Positions 18,384 through 27,253 of a DNA stretch of 36,335 bases are shown one piece after another; within the stretch, counting starts at the first letter, position 1, and every line of letters begins with the position of its first letter. The notes beneath the pieces are model-generated. The model was given only the letters and a program-made list of their open reading frames with translations, made no database searches and had not been told where the DNA came from. The position numbers and the translations under genes were made by a program. This DNA is from a bacterium (lineage in GTDB: Bacteria; Desulfobacterota; S145-22). Location of the stretch: assembly GCA_029934085.1 (NCBI GenBank), contig JAOZMY010000003.1, forward strand, positions 1 to 36,335, written 5' to 3'.

Positions 18384-19540
18384 CTGTTTTCTCCTAAGGG
18401 TATCTCTTTACGCGCGAAACATTGACCCGGAAGCCGGACGATCAGCCCGGTGATTTCCATGGAGAGGAGAGTGGGAAGTGCGTCTTTGGGGTCTGTTTCA
18501 CTGATTTGACAGAGTTGGTCAATTTGAACGGGTTCGCTACCGAGGTGTTGATATAGACGGGCGGCCAGTCCTTTCAACTTGGGTTGTGACGGGGCGGGGG
18601 GTGTTTCCCCGGAATGAACCGGCAGGGCCAATTCTTCCAGGATATCGTTCACATCTTCCACCAATTTGGCTCCCTGCTTGATCAGGGCGTGGCATCCCCG
18701 GCTGAGGGGGGACTCGGGCGGACCGGGCAGGGCGAAGACCTCTCGTCCTTGTTCCAGGGCCAGGCGGGCCGTGATGAGAGATCCGCTCCGCTTCGTGGCC
18801 TGAACAACGACCACGCCCCGTGAAAGGCCGCTGATGATCCGGTTCCGCCGCGGGAAATTTCTCGGTTCAGGGGGGCGCTGACAGGGAAACTCAGAGAACA
18901 CGCAGCCCCGTGAGGCGATTTCATCGGCCAAGTCCTTGTTTTCCGCTGGGTAAAAGTGGTTGAATCCGGAACCCAGCACGCCGATGGTTCGGCCACCGGC
19001 TTCGAGGGCGCCCTGATGGGCCGCGGTATCGATCCCGCGAGCCAGACCGCTTACGATCGTGATGCCCCGTCGCGCCAAACTGGCGGCGAGAGTCTTCGCC
19101 AGGCTTTTTCCTCGGTAATCGGCCTGGCGGGAACCCACAATGGCGATCGCGGTTTGATCCTCGGGAAGATAGGAGCCCTTTATGTAAAGAATGGAGGGAG
19201 GGGCGTAAATGTCCCTTAAAGGATGAGGATATTCAGGATCGTCATGGGTGACAATCCGAAGCTGTTGACTCTCGGCGGCCTCACGTTCCGCCCGGACGAC
19301 CGCGGGGAAATCGATCTGGGATATTCGCTTTGCTACCTTTGGACGCACACCCGCTGTCTGGATCAGGTCCTCACGGCTTGGAAAGGTACCATGCCTTTCA
19401 AAAAGGGTCTTTATAGCCTCCAACTGTGCGGGTTGGAGGCCGTCGATAGAATTCAAGGCGATGAGAATCTCTTTCCAGGTCATATTTCGATAGGTGATAG
19501 GTGATAGGTTAGAGGCGAGAGGGTTTTCCCTAGAGGGCAA
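18380..19540 (-). CDS. dprA: DNA-processing protein DprA (Smf)
   Basis: AIVGSR, IVSGLARGIDTAAH, NFPRRNRIISGLS, SGSLITA, ALEQGREVFALPG. Start is TTG 19540 (GAGGT SD 6 nt upstream) or ATG 19483. The stop overlaps the topA ATG. Confidence 0.95.
   Translation of the reverse strand: MPSRENPLASNLSPITYRNMTWKEILIALNSIDGLQPAQLEAIKTLFERHGTFPSREDLIQTAGVRPKVAKRISQIDFPAVVRAEREAAESQQLRIVTHDDPEYPHPLRDIYAPPSILYIKGSYLPEDQTAIAIVGSRQADYRGKSLAKTLAASLARRGITIVSGLARGIDTAAHQGALEAGGRTIGVLGSGFNHFYPAENKDLADEIASRGCVFSEFPCQRPPEPRNFPRRNRIISGLSRGVVVVQATKRSGSLITARLALEQGREVFALPGPPESPLSRGCHALIKQGAKLVEDVNDILEELALPVHSGETPPAPSQPKLKGLAARLYQHLGSEPVQIDQLCQISETDPKDALPTLLSMEITGLIVRLPGQCFARKEIPLGENR
19489..19509. repeat. Heptanucleotide tandem repeat (GATAGGT)x3
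   Basis: Three perfect units read directly at the 5' end of dprA. Confidence 0.85.
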
Positions 19541-19653
19541 GGTTGGACCTCAAGCGAAACCTTTATCCTTATGTTTTTTTGAAGGCTCTTCCCATGCCAT
19601 CCGCTTGTGGCCATTGTCGTGTTTCCCCTCTATTTTTAGAAAACAGGTGTAAA

Positions 19654-20187
19654 TCACGAATTTGGGGACTTGTCAATGCCCTTTTTACCCTTCGGCGCGG
19701 TTTTTCCAGGTGCTTTCCCGCTTTTAGGCTTGTAGCCTTGGGCCTTCAACTCCTTGAAAACCTGGATGATCCAACCCATAGCCCACTTTTTCCCCCTCTC
19801 CGCCGAGGCCGCCACCATGCGCTCCTTGGCGGCAAGGTAATGTTGACCGGCGGGGGTTTTGTAGAAGGCTACGAGCTGTTTCAGGTCTTCGAGAGAGAGG
19901 TTTTCCGCGTAAATGGTGACGAAGGAATCGAGAAGTTCCCGCACATCAATGCGTTTGTCGAGTTTCTTCCAATATTCAGCCGGTGCGTCCGGGAAGGATT
20001 CCTTCAAGGCCTTGATGATGCGGGCCTTCATCTCATTGGCCAGTTTGGCTCCGTTGGTCAGCTTCATCAGCTTGAGGATCTCGGTCCTCTTTTCCGGCGA
20101 CACGGTCGTTTGCGCCATTGCCGGGAGAAGGGTGCAAAAGACAAAAGCCGCGATTACAGGCAAAAAAATGAACCATTTCCTTTTCAT
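19654..20187 (-). CDS. Exported DUF2059-family protein
   Basis: Signal peptide (AMA-Q), IYAENLSLEDLKQLVAFYKTPAGQ motif, Lys-rich tail. Confidence 0.8.
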   Translation of the reverse strand: MKRKWFIFLPVIAAFVFCTLLPAMAQTTVSPEKRTEILKLMKLTNGAKLANEMKARIIKALKESFPDAPAEYWKKLDKRIDVRELLDSFVTIYAENLSLEDLKQLVAFYKTPAGQHYLAAKERMVAASAERGKKWAMGWIIQVFKELKAQGYKPKSGKAPGKTAPKGKKGIDKSPNS

Positions 20188-20227
20188 GATGACTCCATTC
20201 GGTTACAGGGTGAACGATTGTTTTTTG

Positions 20228-20256
20228 CTTATGCCATGTTTTTTTGGGTGGGTCAA
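20228..20256 (-). promoter_or_regulatory. sigma70-type promoter of the DUF2059 gene
   Basis: Minus strand TTGACC-17 nt (ending TGg)-CATAAG. Confidence 0.4.
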
Positions 20257-20491
20257 TATCAGCTCTAAGCACTGGATGGTAAGGTTCTCGAACGGAAGAG
20301 ACTCCACGTCGTTTAGGATTTACAGGGTCACCCCATAACTTGACGTGCTGGCAGGGCTTTTGTTGGCCTTGGAGGTTTTTTATTGCGAGTAAGCCTCTAT
20401 GTAGGTTTGGTTATCCTATAATGGGCAGTGTCGAGAATTTTTTGCAAATGGATCCTTGTTTTCAGATGAGCGCGGATCGGGTTATTGTTGT

Positions 20492-20519
20492 TTGACAAAT
20501 TGAGTAATTGTAATATTCT
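20492..20519 (+). promoter_or_regulatory. sigma70-type promoter upstream of the OmpA-family gene
   Basis: TTGACA-16 nt-TATTCT in AT-rich DNA. Confidence 0.45.
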
Positions 20520-20742
20520 TTATATAGAGAAAAATTTTGATTTTATGAAAGTTCCTATTAGTTTAGTTTGCCGAGCAGAGGGAGCTTTTATGAGGCAGAA
20601 AGGTAATGTCTTTCTTCCTAAAAGAGATTTTCCTACTTTTTATTGTTTCTATAGAAAAAGACTACGCGTTTTTTAAGAGGGGCAGGCAACTCGTCCGGGA
20701 ATTGCCTGTTTATGCATTTTGTAACCTTTTGGGAGAAATGTC

Positions 20743-21579
20743 ATGAAAAAACAAAAAGGGAGAATTTTATTTGCAGGGTGTTTTATCCTTTTGCTTGTCG
20801 GTGTTGCACATCCACAGAGTGATGCAAAAAACTGCAAGGACCATCCCTTGTTTACAAGGATGCCAAACTTCTGCCTCAAAGGATGCGAGTTCAAGGAATT
20901 TGGCAAGGTGGATTTCGTAAATGAGAAGGGTAATGATATTGAGGTTGAGGGGAAGGTTTACCGAGCAGATTATTGGTTAAAAGAGGGGTTCAGATCTCCA
21001 GGTGAGCTCAAGATCTTGAGGAATTTTTCAAATGCCATCAAGGAGATCGGGGGCATGGTGGTGAAAGAGGAGAGAGGCAATGTTTATCTGAAGCTAAAAA
21101 AATCGGGGAAGGTTTTTTGGGTAATCGTTGATACGAGCAATTCCGGGGAACACTATGAACTTACCATTGTGGAAAAGGCGGACATGGCCCAGGAGGTTGT
21201 CGCGGATGCCAATAGTCTTATGGACAAGATTCTAATGACAGGCCACGCCTCGGTTTACGGGATCTATTTCGATTTCAACAAGACTGAGATAAAACCCGAG
21301 TCAAGCAAGGCTCTCAAAGAGATTGGAAAACTCCTTCGACAGAACCCGGGGCTAAAACTCTATGTTGTAGGGCACACCGATAATGTAGGGAAGTTTGCCT
21401 ACAACATGAAGCTTTCCAGGGCGCGGGCGGAGGCCGTGGTTCGCACGTTGGTGGATACTTACCATGTTGCCTCTCAGAGGCTTGCCCCTTATGGCGTGGG
21501 GCCGCTCGCACCTGTTGCGTCCAACAAATCGGAGGAAGGACGCGCAAAGAACAGGCGAGTAGAACTAGTTGAAAAATAG
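20743..21579 (+). CDS. Exported OmpA/MotB C-terminal (peptidoglycan-binding) domain protein
   Basis: Signal peptide, KDHPLFTRMP N-domain, IYFDFNK...VVGHTDNVG...LSRARAEAV...GRAKNRRVELV. Confidence 0.9.
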   Translation: MKKQKGRILFAGCFILLLVGVAHPQSDAKNCKDHPLFTRMPNFCLKGCEFKEFGKVDFVNEKGNDIEVEGKVYRADYWLKEGFRSPGELKILRNFSNAIKEIGGMVVKEERGNVYLKLKKSGKVFWVIVDTSNSGEHYELTIVEKADMAQEVVADANSLMDKILMTGHASVYGIYFDFNKTEIKPESSKALKEIGKLLRQNPGLKLYVVGHTDNVGKFAYNMKLSRARAEAVVRTLVDTYHVASQRLAPYGVGPLAPVASNKSEEGRAKNRRVELVEK

Positions 21580-21592
21580 AAGGAGAATCGCC

Positions 21593-22141
21593 ATGAGAAA
21601 AAAGATGTGTGTCTGTTTAGTATTTCTCGTTGCGATTGGTTTTTCAACGGTCGGTTACCCCGAACAGAAAAGGGCCACCTGTTTTCTCCAAGTAATGTAT
21701 TATTGGAAACTTCTCCCGAATTGTGGGACATTGGACGTGAATTCGTGTCGGGTTCCATTCCATGTGTCCGGCAATAAAATCGTCGGAGAGTACGAGGTGG
21801 GGAAAGACGAGATTCCCCCGAAGGACTTAGTGCCTCACCCTATAGGTCCTTTGCAGCATATCGATTTCTCATTCGTTTGTGGTGCCTGCAAGGTGTCGGG
21901 AATGCTGTTTATCAATAAGGTATGGGGACGGGTTGAGAAAGTTGGCGCAAAAAAGATGTTGCACTTTTATATTCAACGAACCCGGAGTGTTTGCAAGGTT
22001 GACTGTCCGGGGACACAGCAGGATTTTGATTGTTCGGTACAAGAGCCCGTGCTTGATGAATTTGTGATGCCCTTTAAAGATGGTGCTATCTTGACCAGAG
22101 GGACACGGGTGGTTTTAAAATACGCTCTCTTTCTCAAGTAA
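21593..22141 (+). CDS. Hypothetical exported Cys-rich protein
   Basis: ATG 21593 after an AAGGAG SD, N-terminal signal-like segment, 8 Cys in the mature region; no family recognised. Confidence 0.7.
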   Translation: MRKKMCVCLVFLVAIGFSTVGYPEQKRATCFLQVMYYWKLLPNCGTLDVNSCRVPFHVSGNKIVGEYEVGKDEIPPKDLVPHPIGPLQHIDFSFVCGACKVSGMLFINKVWGRVEKVGAKKMLHFYIQRTRSVCKVDCPGTQQDFDCSVQEPVLDEFVMPFKDGAILTRGTRVVLKYALFLK

Positions 22142-22321
22142 TAAGTTACTGCAAAAAGGCTGACAGGGTTGCATTTTTTCACGTGAGCATATAAAAATAA
22201 AAGACATCTGAAGGACGAACCTTGGTAGATTGGTAAGCGAGTAACCCAGTAAAATTTTTTGGATGCGCCGGATGTGTATAATCGTCCGGAACCGTTAACC
22301 TTTTAACAAGGGAGGTTGGCT

Positions 22322-22603
22322 ATGGGTGGATCCAACGAAAACGGGGACTATGGTATTACCGTCTTTAAACCCGGTACCCCAAAGAGTGCAAAGACAAGGG
22401 GAATATTTTTCTTCATTGTCTTTTGCGTAATCATTCTCGTGCAGGCCTTCTATTGGGTTTTTGCCAACAAGGTTCTGCCTATCGTCCTGGGCATGCCCTT
22501 TGGCATGTTCTTTATTGTCCTTTTCATCGCTATTGAGTTTGTGGCTTTGGTGATCCTCTATTTCCTTGAATCGAGTGAAGACTCGGAAGGAGGGAGTATC
22601 TAA
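22322..22603 (+). CDS. Small 2-TM symporter accessory protein (DUF3311-like)
   Basis: GGGAGG SD, ANKVLPIVLGMPF motif; stop overlaps the symporter ATG (TAATG). Confidence 0.75.
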   Translation: MGGSNENGDYGITVFKPGTPKSAKTRGIFFFIVFCVIILVQAFYWVFANKVLPIVLGMPFGMFFIVLFIAIEFVALVILYFLESSEDSEGGSI

Positions 22604-24060
22604 TGTCCTGGATCGTCGTGATTGTTATTATGTTTATCTATCTGTTCTTCGTCCTGTTTCTCGGGACGTTTGCCGGCCGTGGTCGTGAGAATTCCGTCGT
22701 GGAGTATATCGCAGCCAGCCGAAACCTGGGGTTTCTCGTCATGTATTTCCTGCTCGGAGGGGCCATCTTCAGCGCCTTCGCCTATCTGGGTGGGCCGGGA
22801 TGGGCCTATTCCAAGGGAGCCGCTTCGTTTTACATCCTCGGATACTGTGCGCTCGGACTGGTTCCGTGGTGGCTGTGGGGACCCCGGGCCCTGCGGGCGG
22901 GAAAGAAATTCAACTATGTGACACAGGCCGAACTCTTCGCCGACAGATTCCAGTCCAAGACGCTGTCGGTTATTATCGCCATCGTATCGATTCTGGCCTT
23001 CATCCAGTATATCACCCTTCAAATGAAAGGCTGTGCCTATATCTTCCAGATTGGCTCGGGCGGCCGCATCCCCTTCTGGGCGGGAGCCTTGATCGCCTAC
23101 GCCGTGGTGGTGATCTACGTCTTCTTCGGCGGGGTCAGGGGTGTGGCATGGACCAATGTTTTCCAAGGTGCCTTCATGATTACCATCGCGTGGGTTTTGG
23201 GGCTCTACTTCGCTTTCAAGCTCTACGGCGGACCCGGCAACATGTTCATGAAGATCTACCAGGCCAACCCGACCCATCTCTTGGTAGGCCCGGGTACGAA
23301 GATGAGTTTCGCTGCCTACAGCAGCGCGCTGCTGGTTTCGGTCCTGGGGTTCGCCATGTGGCCCCACCTCTTCATGAAGGCCTACACAGCGGAGAGTGAG
23401 AAGGTATTGAAGAAGACGATTGTCATGTATCCGACCTTCGCCATCTTCCTGGTTCCCGTGCTCTTCATCGGCTTCGCCGGTTTCCTGCAGGTAACGCCGG
23501 ACAAGCTGGGGGCGCCCGACCGGATTCTGCCGTGGATGTTCATGCACATGCACTTCCCCTCAGTCATCGTGGGACTGGTTCTCGCCGCCGCTCTGGCCGC
23601 GGCCATGTCCACACAGGACACCATCACCCACGCGGCCGGTTCCATCTTCGCCCAGGACTTCATGCAACCGCTTCGGAAAGAGAAGCTGTCGGATAAGGAG
23701 GAGTTCGGCTGGATCCGGATCTCCGTGGTGGTCTTTGGGGCCGTGTCGTATTTCGTGGCCATTTTCGGTGGTCAGACCCTCGTTTCCCTCCTGTTGGGGG
23801 CTTATGGATCCATTGTCCAGTTCCTTCCCTTGGCGGTGGCTACCTTCTTCTGGCCCAGGGCCACGAAGGCGGGAGCCATTGCCGGGCTTCTCGTGGGGGT
23901 GTTTTACAATTACGGGATCGTTCTCCATTATATCCCAAAATTGTGGGGGATTCACGCGGGTATTCAGGGGCTTGTCCTGAACTTCATCGTGATGATCGTG
24001 GTTTCTCTGTTGACGAAACCGATGGACAAGGAACACGTCCGCAAATTTGCTGAACTGTAA
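22603..24060 (+). CDS. Sodium:solute symporter (SSS family)
   Basis: EYIAASRNLG, FSAFAYLGGPG, GGVRGVAWTNVFQG, LAAAMST; about 13 TM segments. Confidence 0.92.
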   Translation: MSWIVVIVIMFIYLFFVLFLGTFAGRGRENSVVEYIAASRNLGFLVMYFLLGGAIFSAFAYLGGPGWAYSKGAASFYILGYCALGLVPWWLWGPRALRAGKKFNYVTQAELFADRFQSKTLSVIIAIVSILAFIQYITLQMKGCAYIFQIGSGGRIPFWAGALIAYAVVVIYVFFGGVRGVAWTNVFQGAFMITIAWVLGLYFAFKLYGGPGNMFMKIYQANPTHLLVGPGTKMSFAAYSSALLVSVLGFAMWPHLFMKAYTAESEKVLKKTIVMYPTFAIFLVPVLFIGFAGFLQVTPDKLGAPDRILPWMFMHMHFPSVIVGLVLAAALAAAMSTQDTITHAAGSIFAQDFMQPLRKEKLSDKEEFGWIRISVVVFGAVSYFVAIFGGQTLVSLLLGAYGSIVQFLPLAVATFFWPRATKAGAIAGLLVGVFYNYGIVLHYIPKLWGIHAGIQGLVLNFIVMIVVSLLTKPMDKEHVRKFAEL

Positions 24061-24073
24061 GAGTGATTCGAAC

Positions 24074-24116
24074 AGGGTCCGGACGGTAGCCTTATCGGCC
24101 GGGCCCTCTTATTTTT
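24074..24116 (+). terminator. Probable intrinsic terminator after the symporter
   Basis: AGGGTCCGGACGGTA-gcct-TATCGGCCGGGCCCT stem followed by CTTATTTTT. Confidence 0.55.
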
Positions 24117-24175
24117 AACCATTAACGCGTGCAGGGACATCCCATCGCAAGGACGATGCCCCGGGAGTTGACCTG

Positions 24176-25336
24176 ATGGAATTTAGCAAAATCGTTAAGG
24201 AACACGAGGACCTCATCATCCATTTTCGCCGTGATCTCCATAAGATACCGGAGGTAGCCTACACGGAGGAGAAGACCTCGGCGTATATCGCGAACTATTT
24301 GGAGAAAGAGGGATTTGAGGTAACCAAGGGAATTGCGAAAACAGGGGTCGTAGCGTTGCTGCCTCTTTCGGGTCCCGGAAAGACGCTTTTGGTTCGCTCC
24401 GATATCGACGCCCTTCCCGTCGAGGAAGAGACGGGACTTCCCTTCGCCTCGGAGCATCCCGGGGTGATGCACGCCTGCGGGCACGATGCCCATATGGCCA
24501 TGGTCCTGGGAGCCGCAACGATTCTCAAAAAGATCGGGAAGGACTTAAAGGGGAATATAAAGTTTGTCTTTCAGCCCGCGGAAGAGGGTCCCGGCGGGGC
24601 AAAACCTATGATTGAAGAGGGGGTCATGGAGAATCCTCACGTGGATTACGCCGTAGGATGCCATCTCTGGCCGGCAATTCCAGAAGGGACCGTGGGGGTG
24701 AGGGCCGGAAGGCTCCTGGCCGCGATGGATCGCTTTGACCTTAAGATCCTTGGAAAAGGGGGACATGGCGCCATGCCGCACCTCTGCGTGGATGCCCTCG
24801 AGGTGGGAACCCAGGTGGTGGGAGCCCTTCAGCGTATTGTCAGCCGTCAGATGAATCCCCTGACGCCCACGGTGGTAACGGTAGGGAGTTTCCACGCGGG
24901 GACAACTTTCAATATCATTCCCGGTGTTGCGGAGATGTGCGGGACCACACGGACCTTTGACCGGGACGTCTGGCAATCCTGGCCTGAGCGGATGGAGAAA
25001 ATTATCCGAGGCGTCTGTGAGTCCATGGGAGCGGGTTACGAATTGAAGTATTCCCAAGGCTATCCACCGCTGGTCAACGACGAGTGGATGACAGAGGTTG
25101 TTCGGAGGTGCGCGGTGGATACGGTTGGGGAGGAAAAGGTCGTGGAGCCCGAACCGACGATGGGGGGAGAGGATATGGCCTTCTTTTTAGAGAAGGCGAA
25201 GGGCTGTTTCTACTTTCTTGGCGTGGGCCGGGAAGGGGGGTTCCCACTCCACAATTCGAAGTTTACCTTCAATGAACAGGTTTTGCTCACCGGCGTGGAG
25301 ATGTATTGTCGCATAGCGTTTCACTTGCTTAGTTAG
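24176..25336 (+). CDS. M20D family amidohydrolase (hippurate/N-acyl-amino acid hydrolase-like)
   Basis: RRDLHKIPE, RSDIDALP, MHACGHDAH, FQPAEE, GGHGAMPH, GGEDMA, PLHN. Confidence 0.93.
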   Translation: MEFSKIVKEHEDLIIHFRRDLHKIPEVAYTEEKTSAYIANYLEKEGFEVTKGIAKTGVVALLPLSGPGKTLLVRSDIDALPVEEETGLPFASEHPGVMHACGHDAHMAMVLGAATILKKIGKDLKGNIKFVFQPAEEGPGGAKPMIEEGVMENPHVDYAVGCHLWPAIPEGTVGVRAGRLLAAMDRFDLKILGKGGHGAMPHLCVDALEVGTQVVGALQRIVSRQMNPLTPTVVTVGSFHAGTTFNIIPGVAEMCGTTRTFDRDVWQSWPERMEKIIRGVCESMGAGYELKYSQGYPPLVNDEWMTEVVRRCAVDTVGEEKVVEPEPTMGGEDMAFFLEKAKGCFYFLGVGREGGFPLHNSKFTFNEQVLLTGVEMYCRIAFHLLS

Positions 25337-25463
25337 GCCGGAGTGAGTTTAGACTATAAAATCCTTTCTGCGATTTTTTCTTCTTTTAGGCGAAAGAGGC
25401 GTGGTGTAATTTATCGTATCGTGATAAATATTCCATAAATTCAATGTAAGAGTGGTGGGAGAG

Positions 25464-26180
25464 ATGTTTGTGAGATACGGGATTCGTGCATTATTTTTGG
25501 TGGTCATTTCTTTTTTCATGGTGACTTCTTCGCTCGCGCAGGGCCTGAAAAAGGCGCTACCTTCTAAGGTGGAAACCTCTGAGGAGGTGTTTCGCTGGAG
25601 TTTTGAGGATATCCCCATCGGTCACCTCCCGACGGGTTGGAAGATCGAGGCCACGGGCCGTGGAAGCCCCCTTGCCACCTGGCAAGTGATTAAGGATTCA
25701 ACCGCACCTTCAGGCAAACAGGTTCTGGCCCTCGTCCGGGTCAATCATCATTCGGGGGGCACCTTCAACCTCTGTTGGACGGACAAGGTCTCTTTCCTCG
25801 ATGGGGCGATTGAGGTGGCCTTCAAGGCTGTAAGCGGCAAGATTGATGAGGGCGGCGGGATCATGTGGCGGGTGCGGGATAGAAACAATTATTATGTGGC
25901 ACGCTTCAATCCCCTGGAAGACAACTTTCGGATCTATACTGTGAAGGGTGGCAGGCGCAGGATGATCGGTACCGCTCGAGCTTCCCTTCCCGCTGGGACC
26001 TGGCATACGATGAAGATCGTCGTGACAGGGGAGCGTTACGCGTGTTTTTTGGACGGCAAGAAATATCTCGAGGGGCGGGACGCACACTTCAAAAAGGCCG
26101 GCGGAGTAGGGCTCTGGACGAAGGCGGATGCCGTTACCTCGTTTGACGACTTCAAAGTCGCTTTGGGAGACAAAAAGTGA
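25464..26180 (+). CDS. Exported DUF1080/concanavalin-like beta-sandwich protein
   Basis: Signal peptide, GGGIMWR...NNYYVAR, WHTMKI, GGVGLWTKADAVTSFDDF; ATG 25464 after GGGAG. Confidence 0.7.
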   Translation: MFVRYGIRALFLVVISFFMVTSSLAQGLKKALPSKVETSEEVFRWSFEDIPIGHLPTGWKIEATGRGSPLATWQVIKDSTAPSGKQVLALVRVNHHSGGTFNLCWTDKVSFLDGAIEVAFKAVSGKIDEGGGIMWRVRDRNNYYVARFNPLEDNFRIYTVKGGRRRMIGTARASLPAGTWHTMKIVVTGERYACFLDGKKYLEGRDAHFKKAGGVGLWTKADAVTSFDDFKVALGDKK

Positions 26181-27229
26181 TGGAGTGCCGGGGACGGGGT
26201 TTTTCGAGAAAGGCAGCCCTTATATTTCTTGTGAGCATTTCTTTGGGGATTCTCACCGTTTCCTGCGACTCGCCGAAAAGGGATGCGAAGGCGAAGACGG
26301 TCGTGGTTTATGTCTCGGAAGATCAGGTCTTTTCCGAACCGATTCTCAAAGATTTCGAAAAGGGCACGGGTATCAGGGTGAAGGCGGTCTATGACACGGA
26401 GGAGACCAAAGGCACGGGCGTCATGAACCGCCTCATTGCCGAGAAGGATAATCCCCAAGCCGATGTCTACTGGGCAAACGAACCTATCCGGGCGGAGGTT
26501 CTGAAGCAAAAGGGGATTTCGGTCCCGTATGTGTCCCCCAACGCGAAAGGTATCCCGGAGATCTTCAAGGATCCCAAGGGATACTGGACGGGTTTTTCCG
26601 CCCGCGCCCGCGTTTTCGTTGTTCACAAAGGCTTCAAACCGAAGCCCCGTTCTATCCGCGCCTATGTCGATCCTCGCTTCAGGGGGAAGACGGTCATTGC
26701 CAATCCCCTCTTCGGCACGACCACGACTCATATTGCCGCCCTGTTTACCCTGTGGGGTGAAGATCGGGCGAAGGCCTTTATGGAAGCGATGAAGCTAAAT
26801 AAAGTCAAGCTTTCCACCAGCAACGGAGAGAGCGCTGACCTGGTGGCGTCCGGGGAATTTGTCTTCGGTCTCGTGGACAGTGACGACGCGGCCAACCGCA
26901 TCCGGCAGGGTCGACCCATCGAGATAGTCTATCCCGACCAGGGAGAGAACGGAATCGGTTGCCTGATCGTGCCCAATGCCGTTATGCTGATTAAAGGGGC
27001 CCCACATCCCGATAACGGGAAGAAGCTTATCGACTTTTTGCTCTCGAAGGAAACGGAGCGGAAGTTGGCCATAGCCGCCTGCGCCCAGATTCCTCTGCAT
27101 TCGGCCGTGGAAACGCCTTCGGAAGTCAAACGTATCGAGCAGATCAAAGCAATGGCCATTTCCTATGCCAAAGTTGCCCGCAAACTTCAGGAAATCCAGC
27201 CCTTTCTGAAGCAGTGGGTTGGGTATTAG
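26180..27229 (+). CDS. ABC transporter substrate-binding lipoprotein, Fe(III)/thiamine (FbpA/AfuA-like) family
   Basis: Lipobox-like LTVSC, VVVYVSEDQ, RLIAEKDNPQADVYW, DSDD, IVYPDQ. Confidence 0.85.
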   Translation: MECRGRGFSRKAALIFLVSISLGILTVSCDSPKRDAKAKTVVVYVSEDQVFSEPILKDFEKGTGIRVKAVYDTEETKGTGVMNRLIAEKDNPQADVYWANEPIRAEVLKQKGISVPYVSPNAKGIPEIFKDPKGYWTGFSARARVFVVHKGFKPKPRSIRAYVDPRFRGKTVIANPLFGTTTTHIAALFTLWGEDRAKAFMEAMKLNKVKLSTSNGESADLVASGEFVFGLVDSDDAANRIRQGRPIEIVYPDQGENGIGCLIVPNAVMLIKGAPHPDNGKKLIDFLLSKETERKLAIAACAQIPLHSAVETPSEVKRIEQIKAMAISYAKVARKLQEIQPFLKQWVGY

Positions 27230-27253
27230 ATAAGGCCCGGCGAATAGTGCGTA

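Noticed and set aside
20549-20559. AAGTTCCTATT resembling an FRT half-site
   Set aside because: No spacer or second inverted arm; chance match in AT-rich DNA.
20190-20742. AT-rich divergent intergenic region as possible oriC
   Set aside because: No TTATCCACA-type DnaA-box cluster and no adjacent dnaA. The + strand appears G-rich on both sides, so there is no visible skew switch.
22175-22190. parS-like TTTTTCACGTGAGCAT (and a similar CACGTG core near 15300)
   Set aside because: About five mismatches to the consensus; only one arm matches.
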